Shown here: in pieces, positions 29,769 through 38,495 of the stretch
How positions within the stretch are numbered: position 1 is the first letter of the stretch
How the letters are laid out: the number at the start of each line of letters is the position of its first letter
Source: a virus
Length of the DNA stretch: 64,000 bases
IMG/VR virus record: IMGVR_UViG_3300033233_000004
Location: 96,001-160,000 of that record
Strand: one strand, 5' to 3'
Made by a program: the position numbers and the translations under genes
Notes under the pieces: generated by a model
What the model was told of the DNA's origin: nothing
What the model saw: only the letters and a program-made list of their open reading frames with translations
Database searches by the model: none

Positions 29769-30221
29769 ATTTACATTAGTTGTTGCTCCCCATCCACGAG
29801 CTTGTCTATATGCAGTTGTGTCTTGTTCTGGATGAAGGCTACGAAAATTTCTTTTGTTTATTATTTTACAAAGTTTACATATTCTGCTGTTTCTGTTTGG
29901 TGGTATATAAGTATTGTCTTTATCATATGCATGTCCTTTTGGACAATGTGTTTTATTGGTTCGAGGTTCTCCAACATTACACGCTAAATGACTGAAAGCT
30001 ATATTACTTAAATCCCAAAATAATTTGGGGTCATTATTTAACCATGCAGTCTTATGCTCAATCGACAAGTCTTCTACAAATTCTATACAGCGATTACATC
30101 TATAACAAATATTCTCGTTATGAAGAATAAGCAAATGAAAGATAATCATTTTACGTAAACGTCCATTTGCCGTTCCAAATGGCATACCTAACTGTGCAGT
30201 TTTAATTGCATTAGAGTTCAT
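29760..30221 (-). CDS. HNH-like endonuclease with Zn-binding C-terminus
   Basis: CYRC...SIEHK...NIAFSHLACN; KTHCPKGHAY...RICKLC. Confidence 0.7.
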   Translation of the reverse strand: MNSNAIKTAQLGMPFGTANGRLRKMIIFHLLILHNENICYRCNRCIEFVEDLSIEHKTAWLNNDPKLFWDLSNIAFSHLACNVGEPRTNKTHCPKGHAYDKDNTYIPPNRNSRICKLCKIINKRNFRSLHPEQDTTAYRQARGWGATTNVNKE

Positions 30222-30253
30222 TTTAAGTCCTTTGACATTATGAACAAATAGAG

Positions 30254-30342
30254 CGGAGAGGTAGGGACTCGAACCCTATTGGGAGCTTTCGCCCCCCACG
30301 GTTTAGCAGACCGTTGCGACGCACCATCTTCGCCGCCTCTCC
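30254..30342 (-). tRNA. tRNA-Ser(GCT)
   Basis: Cloverleaf, loop CTGCTAA, long variable arm. Confidence 0.92.
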
Positions 30343-30395
30343 ATGCAAGTTTTCAAATAATGTCAATACTTAGGAGACCTTGCAACCCATACGAA

Positions 30396-30704
30396 CTAAT
30401 TCAACATTTCCATCCGTTTCACAGATAATAACATTCTTACAGTAAATACATTGGCTTCATCTTCCATATCATGACATTCACAAACAGGAAAGAAGACCAA
30501 TCTTGAAGTACCATCACCACGAGACCCAAATCCAAGAGCAGCCTCATCACCATCTGGAAGAATTACACCCCAATTATTAGTCGATGCTGTACAAATCCAG
30601 CAAGATGCATAACTGTTCTTTAATGAAGCAATCTTATTTTTGATAGCTTTGCTGAATTCTTCTATAGTTGGTATATTCATACAGTTTTCGCCAATCCTGT
30701 TCAT
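30396..30704 (-). CDS. Hypothetical Cys-containing protein
   Basis: CWIC...CECH. Confidence 0.55.
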   Translation of the reverse strand: MNRIGENCMNIPTIEEFSKAIKNKIASLKNSYASCWICTASTNNWGVILPDGDEAALGFGSRGDGTSRLVFFPVCECHDMEDEANVFTVRMLLSVKRMEMLN

Positions 30705-30744
30705 TATTTATCTCTGTTCACAAAAAATGAACATATCAAAAAAT

Positions 30745-30990
30745 GAACACAATGAGCTTACGCCAACTTCTGCTTTAGGTCATGATTTCTCTTGCGGCCT
30801 GTACCCGCCTTCATCGGTAAAGAATGCGTCTACCTCTGGCTGTTTCAGTTGCACACATACTGGTGGTACTATCGAACTGACCGTAGCTTTCAGGGCTACG
30901 ACCAGTTCTCCCGCTCATTCTTAGTGTGGTCGGACGTTTCTCTCATCCCTATTCCTACAGGGATAGAGCCATGACTTCTCTGTTGTGTTT
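30745..30990 (-). ncRNA. rnpB: Miniature RNase P RNA (about 246 nt)
   Basis: P1 AACACAA/UUGUGUU; P2 GUCAUGG/UCAUGAC; P3 AUCCCU...AGGGAU; P4 ACG(U)CCGAC/GUUGGCGU with bulged U; GUGCAACUGAAA S-domain motif. Confidence 0.8.
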
Positions 30991-31196
30991 CATTTCATAC
31001 TTCTCGTTCAAACAATACAAACACATTTGTTGCGTTGCATAACCGTTATCCAATTCATATCTCTTTGTTTCAACATATGCATGATGTTTGAATATATGAC
31101 ACAGTATTGCTCTACCGAGAGGTTTCAACGAACCTACATATATCACTATCCTCGGAAAAAGATACGGAATTCGTATGACAATTGGATTTTTCATTG

Positions 31197-31269
31197 TGTA
31201 GGTGAAGAGATTCGAACTCTCACGCCAGCGTTGGCAACGCCGTATGCTAACCATTAACATCACACCTAC
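31197..31269 (-). tRNA. tRNA-Gly(GCC)
   Basis: Cloverleaf, loop TTGCCAA. Confidence 0.88.
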
Positions 31270-31354
31270 AAAAACTTAGCTGTCTCATATTGCTCTATCG
31301 TGCGACATTCAACCCATACGAATCTTAATAGGCACTCCTATCCGAATGGGTTTG

Positions 31355-31429
31355 TAGCCTCAGAAGGAGTTGAACCCTCAAATCTCTGCGTTCGAAGCGC
31401 AGCATGTTATCCAGTTACACCATGAGGCC
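31355..31429 (-). tRNA. tRNA-Arg(TCG)
   Basis: Cloverleaf, loop CTTCGAA. Confidence 0.88.
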
Positions 31430-31639
31430 AAAATGAATCTTTTACAGTTCGACCAACATCAAGGTCAAAGTCGAGTTCAAAATAGAAGCAACTTACGTTA
31501 CCTTGTATTTAACAAGTTCCACCGACAGAAAGCGTTTGGTAGTAAGTAAGGGAGACTATTATCGACTGGCGGTGCCATAACCGTTAGTCCAGTTGATGCT
31601 TTCGTCTTCTTCTTTATGGCAAGTACTCCTATTTTTTTG

Positions 31640-31710
31640 AGCGGGTAGTGGTAGTTGAAACCACGTCCGATGGTTGGAAGCCACCTATAATACCGTTATA
31701 CGATACCCGC
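31640..31710 (-). tRNA. tRNA-Gly(TCC)
   Basis: Cloverleaf, loop CTTCCAA. Confidence 0.85.
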
Positions 31711-31711
31711 A

Positions 31712-31966
31712 TTATTCTTTATCCCAAAAATTCACATTAGAAAAATCGTGTGGTAAACCTAATGAATCTTCTAATTTATTCAATTGATAATTTTGATAAT
31801 CTAATTGCTGTTGTTGAAGCTTGTATAGAGACTCATATTGCATACGTTGAGCTTTTGCTGTTACATATGTTCCATGTTCTTTAACAAGAGAGTTTAATTC
31901 AATACAGAACCAAAGAAGTGCAGTAACTAATAAAAGAGTCATTACTACTTTTATAACATTCATCAT
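31712..31966 (-). CDS. Hypothetical membrane-anchored protein
   Basis: N-terminal TM segment plus coiled coil. Confidence 0.55.
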   Translation of the reverse strand: MMNVIKVVMTLLLVTALLWFCIELNSLVKEHGTYVTAKAQRMQYESLYKLQQQQLDYQNYQLNKLEDSLGLPHDFSNVNFWDKE

Positions 31967-32025
31967 GCAACCTTATTTGATTGTTTTCTCTGAAAATCAA
32001 CCATTAAAGGTTGATTATAACTTTG

Positions 32026-32099
32026 TACCCATGGCGAGACTCGAACTCGCATCGACGTAGGGTTTAAGCCTACCGAATATGCCATTCTTCTACATGGGC
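32026..32099 (-). tRNA. tRNA-Leu(TAA), short variable loop
   Basis: 74-nt cloverleaf, loop CTTAAAC. Confidence 0.8.
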
Positions 32100-32101
32100 A
32101 T

Positions 32102-32130
32102 AATGTACACAAACGAAAATCAAAAGTCAA
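32102..32130 (-). promoter_or_regulatory. Sigma70-type early promoter
   Basis: TTGACT-17-TACATT. Confidence 0.6.
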
Positions 32131-32182
32131 GAGAAATCTAAATAAAAATAGAGTTGCTGGCAGGATTCGATACCTGCCATTG

Positions 32183-32737
32183 TTATACGCCATGCGTTGC
32201 GGCAACTTCCAGCTGCACATCGCTGGCAATCTCGTTTCCCCATGTATCCCACCCGTCAACTCTTCGACGGGCGAACAATTCAACGCGAGGATTCAATCCT
32301 TTCGTCGCTCGTTCAATTAACTGGCGAAATTCTTCTGGCTTCTCACTGTGTCGCAATGCTTTCAACTGGAGAAAATTCGGTTCTTGACATCTAAAAGCCT
32401 TCACACGCCCACGTACACCAACAAGGATATGCTCTGTTTGTCCTCTGAACCAATAGCCCATTCCGAGACTCATTATCTTGCGCCACGTCAGCATTGTCTT
32501 GAAGGAATATCCCCACGCCCTGAGAACTTGAAACCCTTCTTCCATCATCGGAACGGTTACCCAAAGAAAAAGCACACTGTTGTTATCAGCAATTTCGCGC
32601 ACGTTCAATCGACAAATTTCATCAACAGTCATTGTCTTGTATTGGTATTCTGCCCCGCTTTGCATAGACTCACCCGTTTTCTTGTTTCGATATGTCCACG
32701 GGGGGTCTGCATATATTATCTGATATCGTTTTTCCAT
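32183..32737 (-). CDS. MT-A70 family N6-adenine methyltransferase
   Basis: IYADPPW, LFLWVT, GMGYWFRGQTEH, HSEKP, ELFAR, GWDTWGNE. Confidence 0.9.
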   Translation of the reverse strand: MEKRYQIIYADPPWTYRNKKTGESMQSGAEYQYKTMTVDEICRLNVREIADNNSVLFLWVTVPMMEEGFQVLRAWGYSFKTMLTWRKIMSLGMGYWFRGQTEHILVGVRGRVKAFRCQEPNFLQLKALRHSEKPEEFRQLIERATKGLNPRVELFARRRVDGWDTWGNEIASDVQLEVAATHGV

Positions 32738-32861
32738 TGCTCAAATCGTTGCCGCAAAACACGCACGGCGTATAACAAGCGGGTTAACGCAAGCCCTACC
32801 CAAATTGGTTTTGAAAAGCATCGTCTGGCAAGCCCTTCGCCTGCTCCAACCCGACTGGACG

Positions 32862-33125
32862 TTAGCCGCCATTTCGCTTACGCACATTTTCTTTACGCCA
32901 AAGTGCAAGCCCTGATCGTCCAGCAAGTTTGTCAACAACCGTAAATGCACCACGTATAAATTGACGACGTTCTTCTTCTGTTGCAAACCCGTGATGTTTT
33001 GGGAAATCGGCTGGTATAGCCCAGCAGTTAAGTTTAGTCCACCACCGTGCCAACCGAGCGCGCAAACGGCGGCTCACAATCGTGCTTACGTCGCTCACTC
33101 TTTTAGATTTCTTCATAGAATTCAC
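32862..33125 (-). CDS. Hypothetical cassette-borne protein
   Basis: Stop codon lies in the GGCTAAC boundary. Confidence 0.5.
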   Translation of the reverse strand: MNSMKKSKRVSDVSTIVSRRLRARLARWWTKLNCWAIPADFPKHHGFATEEERRQFIRGAFTVVDKLAGRSGLALWRKENVRKRNGG

Positions 33126-33186
33126 TCAACACCTTTCTCATTCATAAAAAGCGTGGAGTTCGGTGTGTGCATTGTTGGCGCACACG

Positions 33187-33477
33187 TTAACTGCAAGGTG
33201 GCGGTGGAAGTGGCATCCAATGCGTTATATTGAACGCAAACTCCGTTCCTTCCCATTCGCAATTATGGCTTATTCCTTCTCTTGTTTTCATTGTCATAAA
33301 TGATGATAAGTAACCAACCCTAATATCTTTCCTTTCCTCTCCCGTATGCGTTTTCCAATCATCAAACAATAGAACTTCTTTTCCTAATTCAGGTAGTTTG
33401 TCAACCACCGCTACCCAGTTAACACCACCTTGCTGCAATGCGGGTTTCTTCTTACTTTTTGAGTTTGTAGTTTTCAT
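33187..33477 (-). CDS. DUF551-like protein
   Basis: WVAVVDKLPE...ITHWMPLPPPP. Confidence 0.75.
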   Translation of the reverse strand: MKTTNSKSKKKPALQQGGVNWVAVVDKLPELGKEVLLFDDWKTHTGEERKDIRVGYLSSFMTMKTREGISHNCEWEGTEFAFNITHWMPLPPPPCS

Positions 33478-33691
33478 ATTATTTTGTTTTTATAGTTAAG
33501 TTTTCCACTTCACAGTCAATCCTGCCAAGTTGTATCATCAGGCCGTCTGTCTTTGATTTCGTGCCAAGCAATTAGTCGAATGAAATCAATCTGTGTAAAA
33601 GCGTCCATTGCTCACTCCTTTGATGTTTGAATTGTGTTCGCAACGTCGGACTTACGCCGTCACGCTGGTTGCCATGCGGTGCATTTTATAG

Positions 33692-33925
33692 TCACCGCTC
33701 GACAAGCGTATCGTGCAAATCTCGGTCTGGTTTCGGTACAACCTTTGCATTGCCGGGGACATATCCCCACCGAGTCCCACAGCAAAGGCATTCGTACTGT
33801 ATTACACCGATCAGTGGCGTTCCCGGAGGATCACCAGTTCCAGCTATTCTTGAATAATCTGGAATGTATGAATCATCAACTCTCATCACGTATTTACAAA
33901 CACATTCTCTATGGCTCATTTTCAT
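33692..33925 (-). CDS. Hypothetical Cys-rich protein
   Basis: ECVC...YECLCCG. Confidence 0.45.
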   Translation of the reverse strand: MKMSHRECVCKYVMRVDDSYIPDYSRIAGTGDPPGTPLIGVIQYECLCCGTRWGYVPGNAKVVPKPDRDLHDTLVER

Positions 33926-34090
33926 TTTACCCCGCTCAAATTATTGTACGCACCGACAACTAACAATGCAAAAGTACGGCACTGGCCGAAAGGAACTTAT
34001 CTCCTCGATTTACCACGCCCCGATAAGTGGATGACGTAGACAAGCATAAGGCACAATCTGCTTTAGCGTCTATCTTCCGCCACAGCACCT

Positions 34091-34166
34091 TGGTGCTCCC
34101 ACTACGAATCGAACGCAGGTCTCTTGAGTGTAGGTCAAGCGTGATACACCACTCTACTATAGGAGC
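34091..34166 (-). tRNA. tRNA-Val(TAC), C33
   Basis: Cloverleaf with CCA, loop CCTACAC. Confidence 0.85.
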
Positions 34167-34175
34167 AAAATTATG

Positions 34176-34247
34176 TACTCTCAAAAGGAATTGAACCTTC
34201 ATCTTAGATTTAGGAAATCCATATCCTATCCATTGGACGATGAGAGC
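34176..34247 (-). tRNA. tRNA-Arg(CCT)
   Basis: Cloverleaf, loop TTCCTAA. Confidence 0.88.
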
Positions 34248-34335
34248 AAATGCAATGGTCAGACGACTCCCGATAGCCTTATACAGATTCATCTTGCGAC
34301 TGGTAGAAGCTACCCTTTAACGTTCGTATTAATAG

Positions 34336-34409
34336 TACCCACGGTCAGACTCGAACTGACACTGTACGGCTTCTCGAACCGTTCCCTCTACCAATTGGGC
34401 TACGAAGGC
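34336..34409 (-). tRNA. tRNA-Leu(GAG), short variable loop, C33
   Basis: Cloverleaf, loop TCGAGAA. Confidence 0.72.
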
Positions 34410-34464
34410 GGTACGAGTGATTTTAACGAAGATGAGTAAAATCAAATCCGCCAAACGGTCTTAG

Positions 34465-34538
34465 TACTACGTAGGAGCCTCGAACTCCTAATCTCCTGAT
34501 TGAAAGTCAGGTGAGTTATCCATTTCCTCTAACGTAGC
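34465..34538 (-). tRNA. tRNA-Glu(TTC)
   Basis: Cloverleaf, loop CTTTCAA. Confidence 0.88.
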
Positions 34539-34564
34539 ATTTAGTCGAATCTGAAAGTTCAACT

Positions 34565-34741
34565 CTATTCGTCGCCCTTTTTCGTACAAGTGCAGGGTGA
34601 ATATCTTTTGCACTTGCAATTATTACATTGATGCTCTGGCTGTTTATTTGTTGAAGCCCGAAGTTGTCGAAGACCTTTATACTTAGTTGGGTCAAATGCT
34701 GTAACTACACCGCGCATATCTACTGTTGTTCCATTATTCAT
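34565..34741 (-). CDS. Small Cys-rich protein (58 aa, below the ORF-track cutoff)
   Basis: MNNGTTVDMRG...HQCNNCKCKRYSPCTC. Confidence 0.45.
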   Translation of the reverse strand: MNNGTTVDMRGVVTAFDPTKYKGLRQLRASTNKQPEHQCNNCKCKRYSPCTCTKKGDE

Positions 34742-34891
34742 CGAGTTCTTTCCGTTTCATGTAACCGCATAATTCTCAGACTCTCGGATCGCCAATTGTC
34801 CCTCTGCTATCCGTCTGCTAATACTATTCCGTCCCTTGCCATCAAACGAAGTACTTCTTGCTGCCGAGCAGTGAGTATCACATAAGGATGG

Positions 34892-35143
34892 TTAATAGTC
34901 TTCACAGTCATAACATCTGCACTCTGCACAATGCTTAACACCATGGTTGTGTTCGTCTGCCAGTTCAGCATCGTTACACCACGTACCACATTTCTCACAT
35001 TCTACGACACTGTTCTCCGAAAGATAGTGCTCCAACTCTTCGAGGTCAGAAAACGCCAATCCATACTTTTGGAGTATGTCAGCTATGCTTTGAGCAGTTC
35101 CTAACAAGTCGTCAGCAATCTTCGCTTTGAGTTCGAGTTCCAT
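34892..35143 (-). CDS. Hypothetical Zn-ribbon protein
   Basis: CEKCGTWC...CAEC; start MELELK. Confidence 0.55.
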   Translation of the reverse strand: MELELKAKIADDLLGTAQSIADILQKYGLAFSDLEELEHYLSENSVVECEKCGTWCNDAELADEHNHGVKHCAECRCYDCEDY

Positions 35144-35147
35144 CAAC

Positions 35148-35657
35148 TTAGACCTTGATACATAGATAACTGAACCCGCTACCTTTTCTGTACATCTTGG
35201 TGATTTGACAACCACCAAAGACTCCATGCACCCATTTCATATATACATGTAAACGTTTGTTTGCTTGCCATGTGCCTGTTTTCCCGATACAAGGTCTTCC
35301 ACTACGATTTCCTTCATATACAGAAATGTAGATGCAACCACCAACCTTCACATGTCGTCTTGCCAACCAAAGCACTTCTGTAATACCAGTAGATGTCTCG
35401 ATGACATTTAGAACATTACACAAAGTAACAGTGTCATAGTCATATCGTTCGAGCATTCTGGCATTGTGGTCGGATGTTCTATTGTAGGGGTCATAGATGA
35501 AGTTCCCTACACTTCGTTCCGCCAAATATTTAGTTGCTTCCTCGAACTTTCCACCACCAATATCCAGATTGCTGGTATGTGGATACCAGTTTACTAACTT
35601 AAACACTGCTGGTATCTGCTTGATACAGGTTCGTGCTGAACGATGTATTGTATCCAT
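35148..35657 (-). CDS. Small class I SAM-dependent methyltransferase
   Basis: NLDIGGG, YDPYN, YDTVTLCNVLNVI. Confidence 0.8.
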   Translation of the reverse strand: MDTIHRSARTCIKQIPAVFKLVNWYPHTSNLDIGGGKFEEATKYLAERSVGNFIYDPYNRTSDHNARMLERYDYDTVTLCNVLNVIETSTGITEVLWLARRHVKVGGCIYISVYEGNRSGRPCIGKTGTWQANKRLHVYMKWVHGVFGGCQITKMYRKGSGFSYLCIKV

Positions 35658-35671
35658 GGTATCTCCCTTTG

Positions 35672-35760
35672 TGCCCTAAGTGGGACTCGAACCCACAATC
35701 GTTTCTAATGTTTGCCGTAGGGTTTGAGCCTACCGACTTTGCCAGTTTGTCTACAAGGGC
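35672..35760 (-). tRNA. tRNA-Leu(CAA)
   Basis: Cloverleaf, loop CTCAAAC, long variable region. Confidence 0.82.
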
Positions 35761-35936
35761 GTTACTGTATGCATCCGATACTTGTATGTCTCTTCGTGTT
35801 ATCGCATATCGCATATTGCGATATGCAAATGCTCGTTTGGACGGTTTCTTTGTCTTGTGGCTTCACAAGCTCTTTGCGATGCTTAAGAGCCAGATGAACC
35901 AATTGTCGTATCAAACTTCTGCTTGGCTTTTCCATG

Positions 35937-36010
35937 TACCACATAAGGGCCTCGAACCCTTAATCTTCTGCTTGAGAGGCAGATGTGTTAGCCTATTCCA
36001 CTAATGTGGC
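35937..36010 (-). tRNA. tRNA-Glu(CTC)
   Basis: Cloverleaf, loop CTCTCAA. Confidence 0.88.
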
Positions 36011-36244
36011 ATTTCCGCTCTTTGCTCCCCACTTCATCATCTTCCAGACTCTGTGGTAGATGAAGTACAGCATAATGCGTATACCGATATATGTGAGACT
36101 TGTTTGAATAGAGTGTATTAAGATGTAAATAAGAATCAATCCGAATAATTCCCACACAACGCCTTTTACAAACGTCCGAATATAGCTACGCTTCTTATCT
36201 GTCATCTTATAGTATCCACTTTTCTCCACATTCTTGACATTCAT
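35993..36244 (-). CDS. Small membrane protein (DUF2061-like)
   Basis: KRSYIRTFVKGVVWE...LYFIYHRVWKMMKWG. Confidence 0.55.
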   Translation of the reverse strand: MNVKNVEKSGYYKMTDKKRSYIRTFVKGVVWELFGLILIYILIHSIQTSLTYIGIRIMLYFIYHRVWKMMKWGAKSGNATLVE

Positions 36245-36391
36245 ATAATGACGACTTTGGACGAATGGGTTTGAACTTGACTTCTGGTAAACCTATCAGC
36301 ATTCTTCCATTACTTAGATGAAAGAATCTGCACCACATTCGTCGCCAGAAACTTGGGTCTCTTTTTTCCATATGGCCTTTCTACTTGTTTG

Positions 36392-36466
36392 TACTCGGTG
36401 TAGGATTCGAACCCACGTTGACGCAGAATATAAGTCTGCCGCCTTAACCTGTCGTGCCAACCGAGC
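36392..36466 (-). tRNA. tRNA-Ile(TAT)
   Basis: Cloverleaf, loop CTTATAT. Confidence 0.75.
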
Positions 36467-36577
36467 ATAAAAACCGACAAATAGAATCGAAAACCAAACT
36501 CGTTTAATATACAGTTCGACTATAAATATTGGTCATATCCCTCTATATATATACTATATAGAAAGGATAACTACATC

Positions 36578-37189
36578 ATGACAAATTCCAAACAACGACA
36601 AGTCGAAGGACAACACATTACTGCGGCAATGTCTCATCAACGTTATCTAATACGAATAGAAACATACAAGCAAACTCCAAACTTATGTGCACAGTGTTAT
36701 GCACCGCTTGCTTATAGCCACCGAAAAAACAAATTCTGTTCTCATTCTTGTGCAGCTATTGTTACTAACAGGCTTTTTCCAAAAAGACAACAAACAAATG
36801 GAACAAGAGAATATCGAAGACAAGGAAAATGGCGTAAACAATTTAGAAAAAAAAGGCTCCGTGACCTGACATTACTGGAATATTTAGAACGAACACACGT
36901 TAAACCTCTTCCAGCGATGATAAAGAAATCTGCTCTTCGTTCTTTTGCTCGACATTGGAATCAAGACATTCTCAAAAAACCGTGTGCAAATTGTGGATAT
37001 GATAAACACGTTCAATTAGCACATATAAAAGCAATTCGAGATTTTCCATTAACAGCAACTTTGGGAGAAATTAACTCTCGAACAAACGTCATACAACTTT
37101 GCCCAAACTGTCATTGGGAATTCGATAATACCTTCCTTAAAATCTCTGTAGGGACAGAAGGATTTGAACCTTCAATTTCTCGATTATGA
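36578..37189 (+). CDS. HNH endonuclease
   Basis: CAQC...FCSHSC; CANCGY...AHIK...NVIQLCPNCHWEFD. Confidence 0.85.
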   Translation: MTNSKQRQVEGQHITAAMSHQRYLIRIETYKQTPNLCAQCYAPLAYSHRKNKFCSHSCAAIVTNRLFPKRQQTNGTREYRRQGKWRKQFRKKRLRDLTLLEYLERTHVKPLPAMIKKSALRSFARHWNQDILKKPCANCGYDKHVQLAHIKAIRDFPLTATLGEINSRTNVIQLCPNCHWEFDNTFLKISVGTEGFEPSISRL

Positions 37190-37221
37190 GCCGAGCGGAT
37201 TAGCCATTCTCCTATATCCCT
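37149..37221 (-). tRNA. tRNA with CAT anticodon (Ile2 or elongator Met)
   Basis: Cloverleaf, loop CTCATAA. Confidence 0.82.
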
Positions 37222-37298
37222 AAAAAGTACGTACCCCCAAAGAGGACTCGAACTTGGATGTTACTCGCTACTGCCGACCTCAACCCCACTATAATTTT

Positions 37299-37763
37299 TT
37301 ACGGAACAGGTCGTAATGATGTTATATTTCTATTACCATCTACTCCAATTCTGAATGTTGCACCAACTTCGACAAACTGAGCAAGCAACTCACTGTATGG
37401 ACTAATTACAGTAATGCCAAATTCTTTATTACCTTGCTCGTTACCAATCTGGTCATTCCATTGATTAACTAATGAAAGTACTGGCTCCTGAAATTGATTT
37501 ACCGGAACTCCTCGTAAAACATTGGTGTTGGATTGAACCACGCCAACAAAACCTTCAGTACTATACAAAAATGCTTGTCCATTATCCCAAGCAGAAAGTG
37601 TTACAACACCTACTTTCTCCAAAGACTGTACAGTAGTGGAGATTGGATTAATGTTTGAATCTGATGCTTGTGTACAGCCAGAACAATACAAACAAACTGC
37701 TGTAAACAAAAGCAACAAACTGGCTGAAAATATCTTAACTGCTTTAGCCGTTTGACTCTTCAT
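37299..37763 (-). CDS. Putative lipoprotein
   Basis: Signal peptide ending CSGC; AAGGAG SD. Confidence 0.6.
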   Translation of the reverse strand: MKSQTAKAVKIFSASLLLLFTAVCLYCSGCTQASDSNINPISTTVQSLEKVGVVTLSAWDNGQAFLYSTEGFVGVVQSNTNVLRGVPVNQFQEPVLSLVNQWNDQIGNEQGNKEFGITVISPYSELLAQFVEVGATFRIGVDGNRNITSLRPVP

Positions 37764-37821
37764 ATAAGTATCTCCTTAAATTATGTGATTTGTTATTTTA
37801 GTGAATTAGTGTTGTGAATTG

Positions 37822-37898
37822 TACCCTTGATGGGAATTGAACCCACATTTTCATCCGTTATGCACGTTCTGCTTAGAAGGCAGAGCCATTACAAGGGC
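37822..37898 (-). tRNA. Atypical tRNA-Arg(TCT) lacking a D arm
   Basis: Acceptor, anticodon (CTTCTAA) and T arms intact; 7-nt D-replacement loop; 21-nt variable region. Confidence 0.65.
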
Positions 37899-37986
37899 AA
37901 ATCTAATTGTGACTGGCTTACAGCATATCATAAGTTCACTTACAAACGAAGCTACTATCATGCAAGGGTTTGTCTGTAAGCCATCG

Positions 37987-38057
37987 TCCGCCCAAGAGGA
38001 ATCGAACCTCTATTACCAGTATATCGGACTGGCTTCCTACCGTTGAAAGACAGGCGG
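37987..38057 (-). tRNA. tRNA-Ile(GAT), C33
   Basis: Cloverleaf, loop CCGATAT. Confidence 0.78.
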
Positions 38058-38133
38058 AAAAGTATATCTTATTTACTTGGTTCATCAAGGTTAATACGAG
38101 TAAACTCATCAATGTCGATGTTGTGCGCCATGC

Positions 38134-38343
38134 TTAGTTTATCCCCTGCCGACATCCACAATTCTGACAGTAATCGGTATATTCGGGCCGATCAATGTGT
38201 ACCACCATTTCAGCGTGGGGATCGCCGCACAGAATCACTTTTCGATGAACTCGATCATACACAATCGAATCTGCGGGTCGATCACAGTCATCGTCGGGAT
38301 ATTCGCACTTGTCTTTTCCAGTCAAATGTCGTACTTCGCTCAT
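38134..38343 (-). CDS. Small Cys-rich hypothetical protein
   Basis: AAGGAG SD; CEY..C...CQNCGC. Confidence 0.6.
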   Translation of the reverse strand: MSEVRHLTGKDKCEYPDDDCDRPADSIVYDRVHRKVILCGDPHAEMVVHIDRPEYTDYCQNCGCRQGIN

Positions 38344-38495
38344 AAAGTTCTCCTTTCATTTAATCGGCATCGCACTACCCACTAAAAATACAAAGAATAA
38401 AGGGACAATGTGGAACCCAAAGTCAACTTAGCCGCCTTACCATGCTGTGTACGGGAGACAGGAGTAAACCGTACATGAGAACATTGTCCATTGAG

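Larger units (their letters stand above)
32182..33423 (-). mobile_element. Array of three integron-cassette-like units with attC-like boundaries
   Basis: Each unit starts with GTT/GTG... and ends with the complementary ...TAAC: GTTAACTG/CAGTTAAC, GTGAGCCGCC/GGCGGCTAAC, GTTATACGCC/GGCGTATAAC. Confidence 0.6.

Noticed and set aside
32150-32180. tRNA genes at 32150-32180 and 37232-37255
   Set aside because: Only T-arm or acceptor fragments; no full cloverleaf.
34540-34890. Large structured RNA (GOLLD/ROOL-like) in this gap
   Set aside because: Mostly explained by a 58-aa Cys-rich ORF and a short LuxR-like fragment; no diagnostic motifs recognised.
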